Assembly: GCA_963675525.2 (NCBI GenBank)
Contig: CAXXSL010000001.1
Location: forward strand, 96,001-160,000
Source: Anaerohalosphaeraceae bacterium
GTDB taxonomy: Bacteria > Planctomycetota > Phycisphaerae > Sedimentisphaerales > Anaerohalosphaeraceae
Reading direction: 5' to 3'
Length of the DNA: 64,000 bases
Shown here: positions 51,202 to 60,475 of the stretch, piece by piece
Numbering within the stretch: position 1 is the stretch's first letter
Layout of the letters: the number at the start of each line of letters is the position of its first letter
The notes under the pieces: model-generated
Database searches by the model: none
The model's input: the letters and a program-made list of their open reading frames with translations, nothing else
Told to the model about the DNA's origin: nothing
Position numbers and translations under genes: made by a program

Positions 51202-51624
51202 TTGAATGCCCATGAAACATCCCCTTGGCCGAAGGTGGTCATTAAGCCGCACTCTGCCTATGATGATCCCTGGGAAATGTTCAACCTTGATCTAAGTGAG
51301 CATGGCACCTGTCCACGTTTCATTGTCACCGATGGTATTGCCGGGGGACAGCTTGCAATAGCCTATGATAACACCATTACACTGAATCTGAGTCAGTGGT
51401 ATCATGTTGTGGGTACCTATGACGGCAGTACAATCGTTCTTTATCTGGACGGCCAGTTGATCGATTCAAATCCTGCTTCAATTCCAATCGGTCAGAATAT
51501 GGTGCCGGTGACTATCTGCAGACGTCAGGAAAAAAACAGCTTCAACGGGTTGATTGATGAAGTTCGTATTTACAATCTTGCTCTGAATGAGACAGAGGTA
51601 CAGAGTCTATATCAAAATCCCTGA
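51202..51624 (+). pseudogene. Orphan LamG domain fragment
   Basis: WYHVVGTYDG..FNGLIDEVRIYNLAL. TTG start, no signal peptide, N-terminal part of the domain missing. Confidence 0.6.
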
Positions 51625-51691
51625 GGAATGATGCTCCAGCATGGTGTAAATGCTGGTTTTATTCTTAATCAAGGAAGGAGACCGTTTTTTC

Positions 51692-51720
51692 TTGATTTAA
51701 CCCTGTCCATCGGGTACAAT
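51692..51720 (+). promoter_or_regulatory. Sigma70-type promoter
   Basis: TTGATT-17 nt-TACAAT upstream of the PEP-CTERM gene. Confidence 0.5.
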
Positions 51721-51770
51721 TGTAATTCAAAAATTAGAAAGCAAACCCACGGTTTTTGGAGTATGGGGAG

Positions 51771-52709
51771 ATGAAAAATATTAATAATTTCAGCTTCACA
51801 AAAATCAACAAAGGACTCCTGGTTTTCATTACGATAATAATAGCTCAAACAGTACACGCCTCTGTTGTGGGCGAGGTAATAAAAAAGACAGTAAACCCAT
51901 TTCCAGATTATTTTGGCTTCGGTCTGGCAAATGACGGTGAATATTTATATGTCGGGGGTGCTTCTGACGGTACAATACATGTGCTGGAACCGGATGATTT
52001 GTCTGTTGTCCGGACAATATCTACTCCGGCCCCCTATATATTGGGCATAGAATATTACAATGGTTCCTTGTACGTATCTGACTCAAAACGCATTTATCAA
52101 GTTGATACTTTAACCAATAACGTGACCTCTTTTTTTGACGCACCCAATGATTCGGTCGTCGGTCTTTCGGTCGGACCCGACGGCAGGCTTTATGCTATGG
52201 ACGGGTATGAGGGCAGTTCCTGGTCCAAATCGTATATCTATTCATTTAACATCACTGATAACACATTGAATGACACCTTTGAAATCGGCACCTTGAACCA
52301 AGACCTTGAAATTGACTATAGTGGAGGAAATGATATTATAGAATTCATTGGTGGTTATTTAGTAACAGATGATGATCTTTCGCCCTCTGATTTATCTGTT
52401 TATTCGTTACATGGCAATACATATATAAAAGAGGCTGATTTCCCCATTGAGACGATAAATGGAGATTGGCGAGGATCGACAATAATCGAGGAGACCTTAT
52501 ATTTATGGGGTCAAAATACAGGTTCTGGATATGAGAACGCTTTATTTGAAATACAAATCATCCCGGAACCCTCAACGTTATGTCTCCTTGGATTTGCTGC
52601 CGGAGTTATGCGAATCAAAAGGAGTTTTTCAAGAGGTATGCTTAAGAAATGTTCCAAACCGATAAGCAAAAATATGTGCTATGGATCGGCAGAAAGACAC
52701 TACATTTAA
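51771..52709 (+). CDS. PEP-CTERM protein with beta-propeller-like domain
   Basis: Signal peptide, GLANDGEYLYV-type blades, C-terminal IPEPSTLCLLGFAAGVMRIKR. Confidence 0.8.
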   Translation: MKNINNFSFTKINKGLLVFITIIIAQTVHASVVGEVIKKTVNPFPDYFGFGLANDGEYLYVGGASDGTIHVLEPDDLSVVRTISTPAPYILGIEYYNGSLYVSDSKRIYQVDTLTNNVTSFFDAPNDSVVGLSVGPDGRLYAMDGYEGSSWSKSYIYSFNITDNTLNDTFEIGTLNQDLEIDYSGGNDIIEFIGGYLVTDDDLSPSDLSVYSLHGNTYIKEADFPIETINGDWRGSTIIEETLYLWGQNTGSGYENALFEIQIIPEPSTLCLLGFAAGVMRIKRSFSRGMLKKCSKPISKNMCYGSAERHYI

Positions 52710-54871
52710 TAATTAATATCAAGCGTCAGTTATTGAGATTTATTTACCCAATAATTGGCTTGGCGGCTTTAATATGGTTCTTGATTCGTGTCATTCCCAA
52801 ACCGAGCAGAGCAACATATCCGTGCCAGCGTGCCGCGTTTCCGATTGCTTCTAGTTTCGTGATTTACTTGATGGGTTTACTGGGTGCGGTTGCGATTTTT
52901 CGTCGGGCACAGCATCGCATCAAACAGGCACGCTACGTTTTGGCCGCCGCGTGTATGGTGGTTGGATTGGCCGTGATCTTTTTTACCATGAGCTATCATT
53001 CTGAGACAGTTATAGGGGGAGAGTTTGTGCCGACTGATCTACCGAATTCACCGATTGGACAAGGCAAGGGGATCTTTCCGGGGCGGGTGGTGTGGGTTCA
53101 TGATCCGAACGCAACTTCCTGGGATGGTGTTAGCAACTACTGGTGGGATGACGATCATACGGATTCTGCGACGATCGAATCAATGATGACAAAAGCTGTT
53201 TGTTGGTTAACCCAGCAACCGGAAGAAACAAGTGCCTGGGACTCACTTTTTAGGCAGTATAACACGACACACGGCAAAGGGGATGTAGGCTATTCCGCTG
53301 GTGAAAGAATTGTTATTAAGCCCAACCACAATAACCAACTGTCCCATGACAATAGAGGCAACTCCGTTCCCGACACCCCTCCGGCCGTATATGTGGCCTT
53401 ACTGAAACAACTGGTTTACAAGGCCGGGATAGACCCCAATTATATTACCATATCTGAATCGTCGCGTTATATTGATGACAAGACTTACAATGCTTGTTTT
53501 GCGTTATTTCCCGAAATACGATATGAGGAAACAAATTATTATCTGCCTGAAAACAATCCCGGTACAAATGGTCGGCTGAAGGCCGAACCGGTTCCGAATA
53601 TGGTCGCATGGTCAAGCGTTAATCCGAATACCGGTCAATCGATAGCCAATTATCCACTTGCCAAGACATTTGTGGAAGCGGACTATGTCATCAATCTCGC
53701 CAGGATGCAGGGTCACGGTTTTGCCGGAGCAACACTTAGTGCCAAGAATTGGTATGGATGTTTCTGTCTCAGTCCTGAGTATGACGGCACCTTGCACAGT
53801 GGCAATGTTCTTCATGATCTTGTATCTTCGCCGCAATACGACAGGTATAGTCCATTAGTGGACTTGGCGGGTCATGAATGCCTGGGAGGCAAGACCATAC
53901 TCTATATATTGGACGGACTATGGGGTTTTGAGATTAATTATACGGGCTATCCGACTCAATTCACAAATGTTCCATTTAACGGAGATTACCCGTCGAGTAT
54001 ATTTGTGTCGCAGGATCCGGTGGCGATTGATTCTGTTGGGCTGGATTTTCTGACGTCACAATTTGATCTTAAAGATGTGCCGATCGATAGCTATCTTCAC
54101 GAAGCGGCGTTAGCGGATAATCCTACTTCTGGGGTCTTTTATGACCCTGAAGGGGACGGAACCTGTCTGGAAAGTCTGGGTGTGCATGAACACTGGAACA
54201 ATCCTGCAGATAAGCAGTATTCCCGCAATTTGGATACGGGAAGTGGGATTGAGTTAATCTATGTAAGCCCAACATCTCCTCCGGTTCCTGATCTGTTTGG
54301 GGATCTGGACAAAGACGGATGTGTCGGTATTCTGGATTTTGTCAAATTATCTTCTGCATGGGGTTCAAATCCATCGACCGGAAATTGGGATTCTGATTGT
54401 GATATTGCTCCAATTGGCGGAGACCAGTGTATCGACGTGAAGGATTTTGCGGTCATCAGTAATCAGTGGAACACAGTAACAACTTATGCACTGAAGGCCG
54501 ATTTTAATTTTGATCACAAGGTTTTCACGGATGATTTATATCAATTGCTGAGCCGGTGGCTGACAAATTCAGAACAACCAGGCTGGGTACCACGTTACGA
54601 TGTATTCCCCAATAACGGCGATGGGGTGATAAATAACAAGGATTTTTCATTCTTCAGCAAATACTGGTTGGATGGAGTCGAATTTATCCCGGCCGATTTG
54701 AATCGAGATTTAAGTGTGGACATTGCTGATTTTATTGTATTTATAGAAGCATGGCTTTCTGAGCAGGGGAATACGAATTGGAATGAAAAATGCGATTTTT
54801 GGCCTGTGGATGGCGATGGGCAGATTGATTTTAAGGATTTTTCGGTTTTAGCCCAAGAGTGGATAGAATAG
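52649..54871 (+). CDS. DUF362-domain protein with C-terminal dockerin-like EF-hand repeats
   Basis: PKPSRATYPCQR, GIFPGRVVW, IKPN, KNWYG, DPVAIDSV, GVHEHWN. Repeats GDLDKDGCV..DF..L..W occur three times. Confidence 0.75.
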   Translation: MFQTDKQKYVLWIGRKTLHLIINIKRQLLRFIYPIIGLAALIWFLIRVIPKPSRATYPCQRAAFPIASSFVIYLMGLLGAVAIFRRAQHRIKQARYVLAAACMVVGLAVIFFTMSYHSETVIGGEFVPTDLPNSPIGQGKGIFPGRVVWVHDPNATSWDGVSNYWWDDDHTDSATIESMMTKAVCWLTQQPEETSAWDSLFRQYNTTHGKGDVGYSAGERIVIKPNHNNQLSHDNRGNSVPDTPPAVYVALLKQLVYKAGIDPNYITISESSRYIDDKTYNACFALFPEIRYEETNYYLPENNPGTNGRLKAEPVPNMVAWSSVNPNTGQSIANYPLAKTFVEADYVINLARMQGHGFAGATLSAKNWYGCFCLSPEYDGTLHSGNVLHDLVSSPQYDRYSPLVDLAGHECLGGKTILYILDGLWGFEINYTGYPTQFTNVPFNGDYPSSIFVSQDPVAIDSVGLDFLTSQFDLKDVPIDSYLHEAALADNPTSGVFYDPEGDGTCLESLGVHEHWNNPADKQYSRNLDTGSGIELIYVSPTSPPVPDLFGDLDKDGCVGILDFVKLSSAWGSNPSTGNWDSDCDIAPIGGDQCIDVKDFAVISNQWNTVTTYALKADFNFDHKVFTDDLYQLLSRWLTNSEQPGWVPRYDVFPNNGDGVINNKDFSFFSKYWLDGVEFIPADLNRDLSVDIADFIVFIEAWLSEQGNTNWNEKCDFWPVDGDGQIDFKDFSVLAQEWIE

Positions 54872-55194
54872 ATATACACAAAACACGGTAAAGTATGTCT
54901 CGTCTTTGACCTTTGAGGTCTCAAAGACCGTTTTAACAAACAAACCCATTTTTCCTCAATGTTGGTTGTTGCCGACGGGCTTGTTGCCTGTAATGGTCTC
55001 CAAAGAATTGTTTCTGCCTGAAATAGAGCAGGCGAATTGAGCTGAGAATTGGCTTTTAGATAGCACTGAGAAAAGTTATAATCTGAAAATTCAACTTTAT
55101 ATCCGAGTGCGTGGATTGAAAAATAAACAGGCTGAATTTCTTATTGTTGTCTCAACAACGGCTTAATTAAAAATGTAGTATTAGGGAATTATTC

Positions 55195-56163
55195 ATGAAT
55201 ATCTTAATCACAGGCGGCGCAGGGTTTATCGGTTCACATTTGGCCGAGCGGTGTCTTCAGGACGGTCACAGGGTCACGGTGATTGATGATTTAAGTACGG
55301 GGTCCATGGAGAATATTGTTTCCATAAAGGATCACACCAAGTTTGAATTTGTCTATGATACAGTTCGCAATGAAAGCACGATGTATTTGCTGGTCGAAAA
55401 GTGTGATATGATTTTTCACCTGGCCGCCGCGGTAGGAGTACAGTTAATTGTGGATCGGCCGGTCCATACGATCGAGACGAATATTCACGGGACAGAGGTG
55501 GTTTTGTCCGTTGCGAATAAATTCCGTAAAAAAGTGCTGATCGCCTCCACCAGTGAAGTCTACGGCAAAAGCGAGATGGTTCCTTTCCACGAAGACGATG
55601 ATACGGTACTGGGCAGCACGCGTTTCAGCCGGTGGTCTTATGCCTGCAGTAAAGCAATTGATGAGTTCCTGAGTCTTGCCTATCATCAGCAATACGGCTT
55701 GCCAACGATCATTGTTCGGCTTTTTAATACGGTAGGGCCGCGACAAACAGGACGGTATGGCATGGTGATCCCCCGGTTTGTGGAGCGAGCTATGCGAAAC
55801 GAACCCATTCAGATATATGGAGACGGCAGGCAAAGCCGTTGTTTCTGTTGTGTTTATGATGTGGTGGATGGATTGGTGAATCTTATGGACTGTCCTCGGG
55901 CCGCCGGGAAGGTCTTCAATGTGGGCTCGGAAGAAGAGATTTCGATGGAGTTACTGGCAGATAAAATCATTCAAATGACCGCCAGTCAAAGCACCAAAGA
56001 ATATCTGTCTTACGAAGAGGCTTATGGCAAGCCGTTTGATGATATGCGAAAGCGTGTCCCATCACTGGAAAGAATTCAACAAACCGTCGGCTATTCGCCG
56101 AAGTATTCACTTGAGCAAACACTCGAATTGATTATTCAGGACATTAAAAGGCGATTGTCTTAA
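55195..56163 (+). CDS. NAD-dependent nucleotide-sugar epimerase/dehydratase (extended SDR)
   Basis: TGGAGFIGS, STSEVYG, YACSK and RLFNTVGPRQ motifs. Confidence 0.9.
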   Translation: MNILITGGAGFIGSHLAERCLQDGHRVTVIDDLSTGSMENIVSIKDHTKFEFVYDTVRNESTMYLLVEKCDMIFHLAAAVGVQLIVDRPVHTIETNIHGTEVVLSVANKFRKKVLIASTSEVYGKSEMVPFHEDDDTVLGSTRFSRWSYACSKAIDEFLSLAYHQQYGLPTIIVRLFNTVGPRQTGRYGMVIPRFVERAMRNEPIQIYGDGRQSRCFCCVYDVVDGLVNLMDCPRAAGKVFNVGSEEEISMELLADKIIQMTASQSTKEYLSYEEAYGKPFDDMRKRVPSLERIQQTVGYSPKYSLEQTLELIIQDIKRRLS

Positions 56164-56181
56164 GGGACGAACTGTTATCTA

Positions 56182-58188
56182 ATGGCTGACGTTTCCAACA
56201 ACATTGATTATATGAAGGCAGTGATACTCGTCGGGAGCCATGATTTTGGGCGGTGCCCGGTAGCTTCTCGAACGAATCGAGTCCTTTGGCCCGTTTTTGG
56301 AAAGCCGGCATTGCAGGTCCTTCTGGAACAGTTGGCCCGGCAGGGGATCATACGTATTGTCATAAGCTGTGAAAATCATTCTGACATCATTCAGAAATCC
56401 ATCCAATTGCCGAAAGAATTGAATGTCTCATTTCGAGAAGAAACTCTGCCTCGGGGGCCCGCCGGGTGCATTCGAAATGCAGCCGAGCCGGAAGATGAAC
56501 TTCTTTTAGTTCTTTCGGCAAGTATGCTTTATTTGCCCCCGATTGAAGAACTCCTTGATAAGCACCGTCGAACACAGGCGGATATGACGGTTTTTCTGGA
56601 TTCTCAAGAGAATAACAATAAACAATTCCAGCCGGAAGACTCCCAGATTTATCTGTGTGAACGGACTGTTTTATCCTGTATTCCGGAAACCGGTTTTTTT
56701 GATATTAAGGAAGGATTTATTCCTGCCGCCGTAAAAGAGGGATTGCGAATATGCGCTGCTCACTTACGATCCGGATCCGGACATTACCGGAACTGGGCGG
56801 AATACGCAACTCAGCTTAAAAAACAGTGCTTTAGTCAAACACAAAGAGAAATTTTCTTATCCGATTTTTCTTGTTGGTCTGATAGACCGGATGTTCTTAT
56901 CGGCTCGAATGTCCGGATTTCTGAAAAAGCGGAAATTTTCGGTCCTGTTGTCATCGGAGATGATTCAATCATTATGGATGATGTTATGATTTTTGGTCCT
57001 TGCGTTATTGGTCGAGACGCATGCCTCGGACCGGAAAGCATTATCGAAGAAAGTGTTTTGTGGGACCGGGTGACGACAGGGCGGCGATCCAGAATTCGAT
57101 ATTGTTTAGTTGATTATAATATGGCGGTTTCGGATGGTTGTGAAAGATCCAATCAATTAGTTCCTTTTTCCGGATCGAAGATTCAAAAAACATTTAATGC
57201 ATGGAAACGAAAAAAAACACAAAAGACAGTTCAGATTAAGAGTTGCGGTTCCAATGAAGCAGATGCAGAATCCCTGACTTTGGGTATGTTTTTTCAGAGT
57301 AAAACGGAAAAACTTATCGGACTGTTGTTTGCATTATTAATGCTTGGAATATTAATTATCTCATATTGGGAGCCGACGATCAAATCCTTGGCGAAGGTTT
57401 GGCTGGGGAGCGATGAATATTCCAGCGGTCTCTTGGTCCCCATTGTGGCGGTTTATATTCTTTGGTTAAGAAGAAAGACGTTTGGGCATATTATAATTAT
57501 CCCGTCTCTGTGGGCTTTTTTGTTGCTCTTGACAGCTCAAGGAATTCGCTTTTTCGGGCTCTATTATCGGTTCGAATCGGCGGAGCGATTGTCTTTTGTG
57601 CTTTCGATCGGCGCTGTTGTAATCTTGCTTTTGGGCGGACAATTTTTCAAAAAACTATTGCCGATATTTTTGTTCTTATTTCTGATGCTCCCACTGCCAA
57701 ATCGTGTGGAAACCTATATTACGGCACCGTTACAGGTGTGGGCGACGGTTTCTTCTGTTTTTTGCCTGGAAACGCTTGGGTTTTCGGTTATCCGTGAGGG
57801 CAATATTATCAATATTAATGGAACGTTAGTGGCTGTTGCGGAAGCCTGTAATGGATTACGCATGTTAACAGCCTTTGTTGTGGTCACGGCATTGGTAGCG
57901 CTTACAATTAAAAGGAAATGGACAGAGAAGGTCTTGATAGTGATGTCTTGTATTCCTATCGCCTTGATTTGTAATACATTAAGATTGACCGTTACGGCAA
58001 TTGCTTTTACAAAACTGGACACGGAAAGATGGGAAAAGATCTTCCATGATTTCGGGGGTTTTGCCATGATGCCGGTGGCCTTGGCCATTACGATTTTCGA
58101 GCTTTGGGTGTTATCCAATGTGTTGATTAATCCGAAAAATAAACAAGAACAAGTCGTTTATCGTAAAGATAACAATTATTCAAAATAA
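56182..58188 (+). CDS. Fusion: degenerate nucleotidyltransferase + LbH domain + exosortase
   Basis: MKAVILVG..WPVFGKP..REETLPRGPAGCI, LbH (GPVVIGDD..GPCVIGRD), then a multi-TM exosortase with VAEACNGLR (Cys), NTLR (Arg) and FHD (His). Confidence 0.85.
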   Translation: MADVSNNIDYMKAVILVGSHDFGRCPVASRTNRVLWPVFGKPALQVLLEQLARQGIIRIVISCENHSDIIQKSIQLPKELNVSFREETLPRGPAGCIRNAAEPEDELLLVLSASMLYLPPIEELLDKHRRTQADMTVFLDSQENNNKQFQPEDSQIYLCERTVLSCIPETGFFDIKEGFIPAAVKEGLRICAAHLRSGSGHYRNWAEYATQLKKQCFSQTQREIFLSDFSCWSDRPDVLIGSNVRISEKAEIFGPVVIGDDSIIMDDVMIFGPCVIGRDACLGPESIIEESVLWDRVTTGRRSRIRYCLVDYNMAVSDGCERSNQLVPFSGSKIQKTFNAWKRKKTQKTVQIKSCGSNEADAESLTLGMFFQSKTEKLIGLLFALLMLGILIISYWEPTIKSLAKVWLGSDEYSSGLLVPIVAVYILWLRRKTFGHIIIIPSLWAFLLLLTAQGIRFFGLYYRFESAERLSFVLSIGAVVILLLGGQFFKKLLPIFLFLFLMLPLPNRVETYITAPLQVWATVSSVFCLETLGFSVIREGNIININGTLVAVAEACNGLRMLTAFVVVTALVALTIKRKWTEKVLIVMSCIPIALICNTLRLTVTAIAFTKLDTERWEKIFHDFGGFAMMPVALAITIFELWVLSNVLINPKNKQEQVVYRKDNNYSK

Positions 58189-58201
58189 TAAGGATTGCTA
58201 C

Positions 58202-60448
58202 ATGGAGGAATTTGAAAAAAATCAAAATCTGCCGGTGCTCTCAGAGGTTGTTGAGTATGATATGCCGAATCAAGAGCCCGAGACCAATCCTATGGAGTTA
58301 TTGGGGGCTGTTTTGCGGCGATGGTATGTGGTACTACTGGTGTTATTGATTGTTTCCGGTGCCGGCATTTCTGCGGTCTATTTCCTGATGACTAAAAAGT
58401 ATGAGAGTAGCGGGATGATTCGAGTTTCTACTGTTGATACGCCCATCATGTATGAAATCGAAGGACGGTTGCCGCCATATGATACTTTTAAAAATACACA
58501 AGCGACCTTGATAGGACAGGATTTCGTTCTGAATCGTGCTGCCGATGAATTAAAAGATAGAAATTTAAACTTTTTTGAATCGAGACAGGATATTTTCTTA
58601 ACGCTGAAGAAAATGGTAGTTGATAAAGCGATTGAAATTATTCCGGACCGACAAAGTGAATTTATTCACATTCGAATGGAAACGGAATTTCCGCGAGATG
58701 CTGAGCAGGTGATTGATGCGATCATTCGCGGATACATGAGCATTGTTTTTTCCGAGGAAACCAAGGGAGACGATGCGAGATTGACCGCCCTGGAGAAGAG
58801 AAAGAAGATTCTGGAAGACCAGATGGAGCAGCAACGCCTCAAGATCCGTCAGCGTGCCCAAGAGTATGGGACTGAAGAGTTAACCTCTCGGCAGGAAATG
58901 ATGCTGGATCAGGTGGCGACGCTTCAGCAGGAACTGATCGCTATCAGCATTCGACGGATCATGCTGGAAACACAGGTCGAAATGAAGCAGAATCAAGTCG
59001 ATTCTGAGCTGACGGTTGGTGATTTAACCCGGCAGCGACAGGAACTTGTTGAAAGAGACCCGATTGTGCAATCTTTACAAGGTGATGTGAGTCGGTATGA
59101 GGAATTGGTCCGCGAAGGCCAGGCAACGATGCAGGAGAGCAATCCGGAATTAAAACGCCGGGTCGAGATTCTCGAAGATTTAAGACGTCAACTGGAAAAA
59201 CGAAGAAACGAAATTGCATCGGATGTTGAAGGGCGGTTAGCGAAAGAAATTGCCGGTTCACGTAAGGGCGAGTTAAATATGTTAGAGGGAGAATTGAAGC
59301 AGACAATTGCTTACGAAGAACGCCTTCGAAACAAACTCGAGAAAATTGATGCTGATACAATCGGCCTTGGCCGTAAGCAATTCGAAATTGACGATTATTC
59401 CGAACAGCTTGATCAGATCAGGCAGGTTTACAATGATGTCAGTCGACGCATTGAAGAATTGAACACGGAACGATCCCGTCAGCCGCGGATTTCCGTGGGG
59501 TCGTATGCCGGAAGCATTGAAGCAAAAGGCAAACGCAGAAAGATGGCGATGGCTTCAATTTTCGGCGGACTGGCTTTGGGTGTCTTTTTAGCGATTGTGA
59601 TCGATAAACTTGATAAAAGCCTGAAAGGACCGGCTGAGATGGTAAAGCGAATTGGCGTTCGAATTATCGGGACAACCACTTCGCCGCACGATGTCGATAA
59701 AGAGTTGCTTCCTCAGCAACTGATGGATGATTACCAGACAATTTGTACAAACATCGGTTTTCTGGATGATTCAGGAAAAACCAAAACAATTGTGGTGACC
59801 AGTCCCGGGATGGCGGATGGGAAAACGACGTTTTCAATTAACCTGGCGACGAGTTATGTCAAATCGGGATTTAAAACACTTTTGATTGATGGTGATCTTC
59901 GCAAGCCTGATGTCGCCAGAACTCTTAAAATACCGGCTGAGTACCAGCGGGGCCTTCAGGATTATTTATTCGGAGCCGACCTTCAGAAAGCTTTATACAA
60001 ACTTGATTCGATGGATTTCTATGTGTTAGCCGCCGATCATCGTAATTCGTCAGATGCACTTAAAATACTTGCACATCCGCAACTGATTCGTTGCATTCAG
60101 CAACTTCAGAATCATTTCGATAAGATTATCATTGATACGCCGCCTGTACTGGCATTTTCTGACGCGCTTGTTTTGGCACGTATATCGGATGGGGTGGTGC
60201 TGACCAGCTTTGTGGACCATACCTCCAAAGTGGAAATGCGTGAAGCGGTTGATCGACTGAATGAGGTTAATGCACGCATTCTGGGAACGGTCGTCAATAA
60301 TGTCAAGGTGTCTCATAGTTATCGACGCTATGGGTATGGGTATGGGTACGATTACGGAAAAGCATCACGTAAGAAGCAGTCCCAGCGAAGAAAAAGAAAC
60401 TCGGAATCGCTGTTGATTTCGGGAGATATTAATAACACAGGTGATTAG
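58202..60448 (+). CDS. wzc: Polysaccharide co-polymerase / tyrosine autokinase
   Basis: Two TMs around a coiled coil, Walker A SPGMADGKTT, IDGDLRKP, IIDTPP and Tyr cluster YRRYGYGYGYDYG. Confidence 0.9.
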   Translation: MEEFEKNQNLPVLSEVVEYDMPNQEPETNPMELLGAVLRRWYVVLLVLLIVSGAGISAVYFLMTKKYESSGMIRVSTVDTPIMYEIEGRLPPYDTFKNTQATLIGQDFVLNRAADELKDRNLNFFESRQDIFLTLKKMVVDKAIEIIPDRQSEFIHIRMETEFPRDAEQVIDAIIRGYMSIVFSEETKGDDARLTALEKRKKILEDQMEQQRLKIRQRAQEYGTEELTSRQEMMLDQVATLQQELIAISIRRIMLETQVEMKQNQVDSELTVGDLTRQRQELVERDPIVQSLQGDVSRYEELVREGQATMQESNPELKRRVEILEDLRRQLEKRRNEIASDVEGRLAKEIAGSRKGELNMLEGELKQTIAYEERLRNKLEKIDADTIGLGRKQFEIDDYSEQLDQIRQVYNDVSRRIEELNTERSRQPRISVGSYAGSIEAKGKRRKMAMASIFGGLALGVFLAIVIDKLDKSLKGPAEMVKRIGVRIIGTTTSPHDVDKELLPQQLMDDYQTICTNIGFLDDSGKTKTIVVTSPGMADGKTTFSINLATSYVKSGFKTLLIDGDLRKPDVARTLKIPAEYQRGLQDYLFGADLQKALYKLDSMDFYVLAADHRNSSDALKILAHPQLIRCIQQLQNHFDKIIIDTPPVLAFSDALVLARISDGVVLTSFVDHTSKVEMREAVDRLNEVNARILGTVVNNVKVSHSYRRYGYGYGYDYGKASRKKQSQRRKRNSESLLISGDINNTGD

Positions 60449-60475
60449 CCACAGAAGGTTCCCTAGGATAATTTC

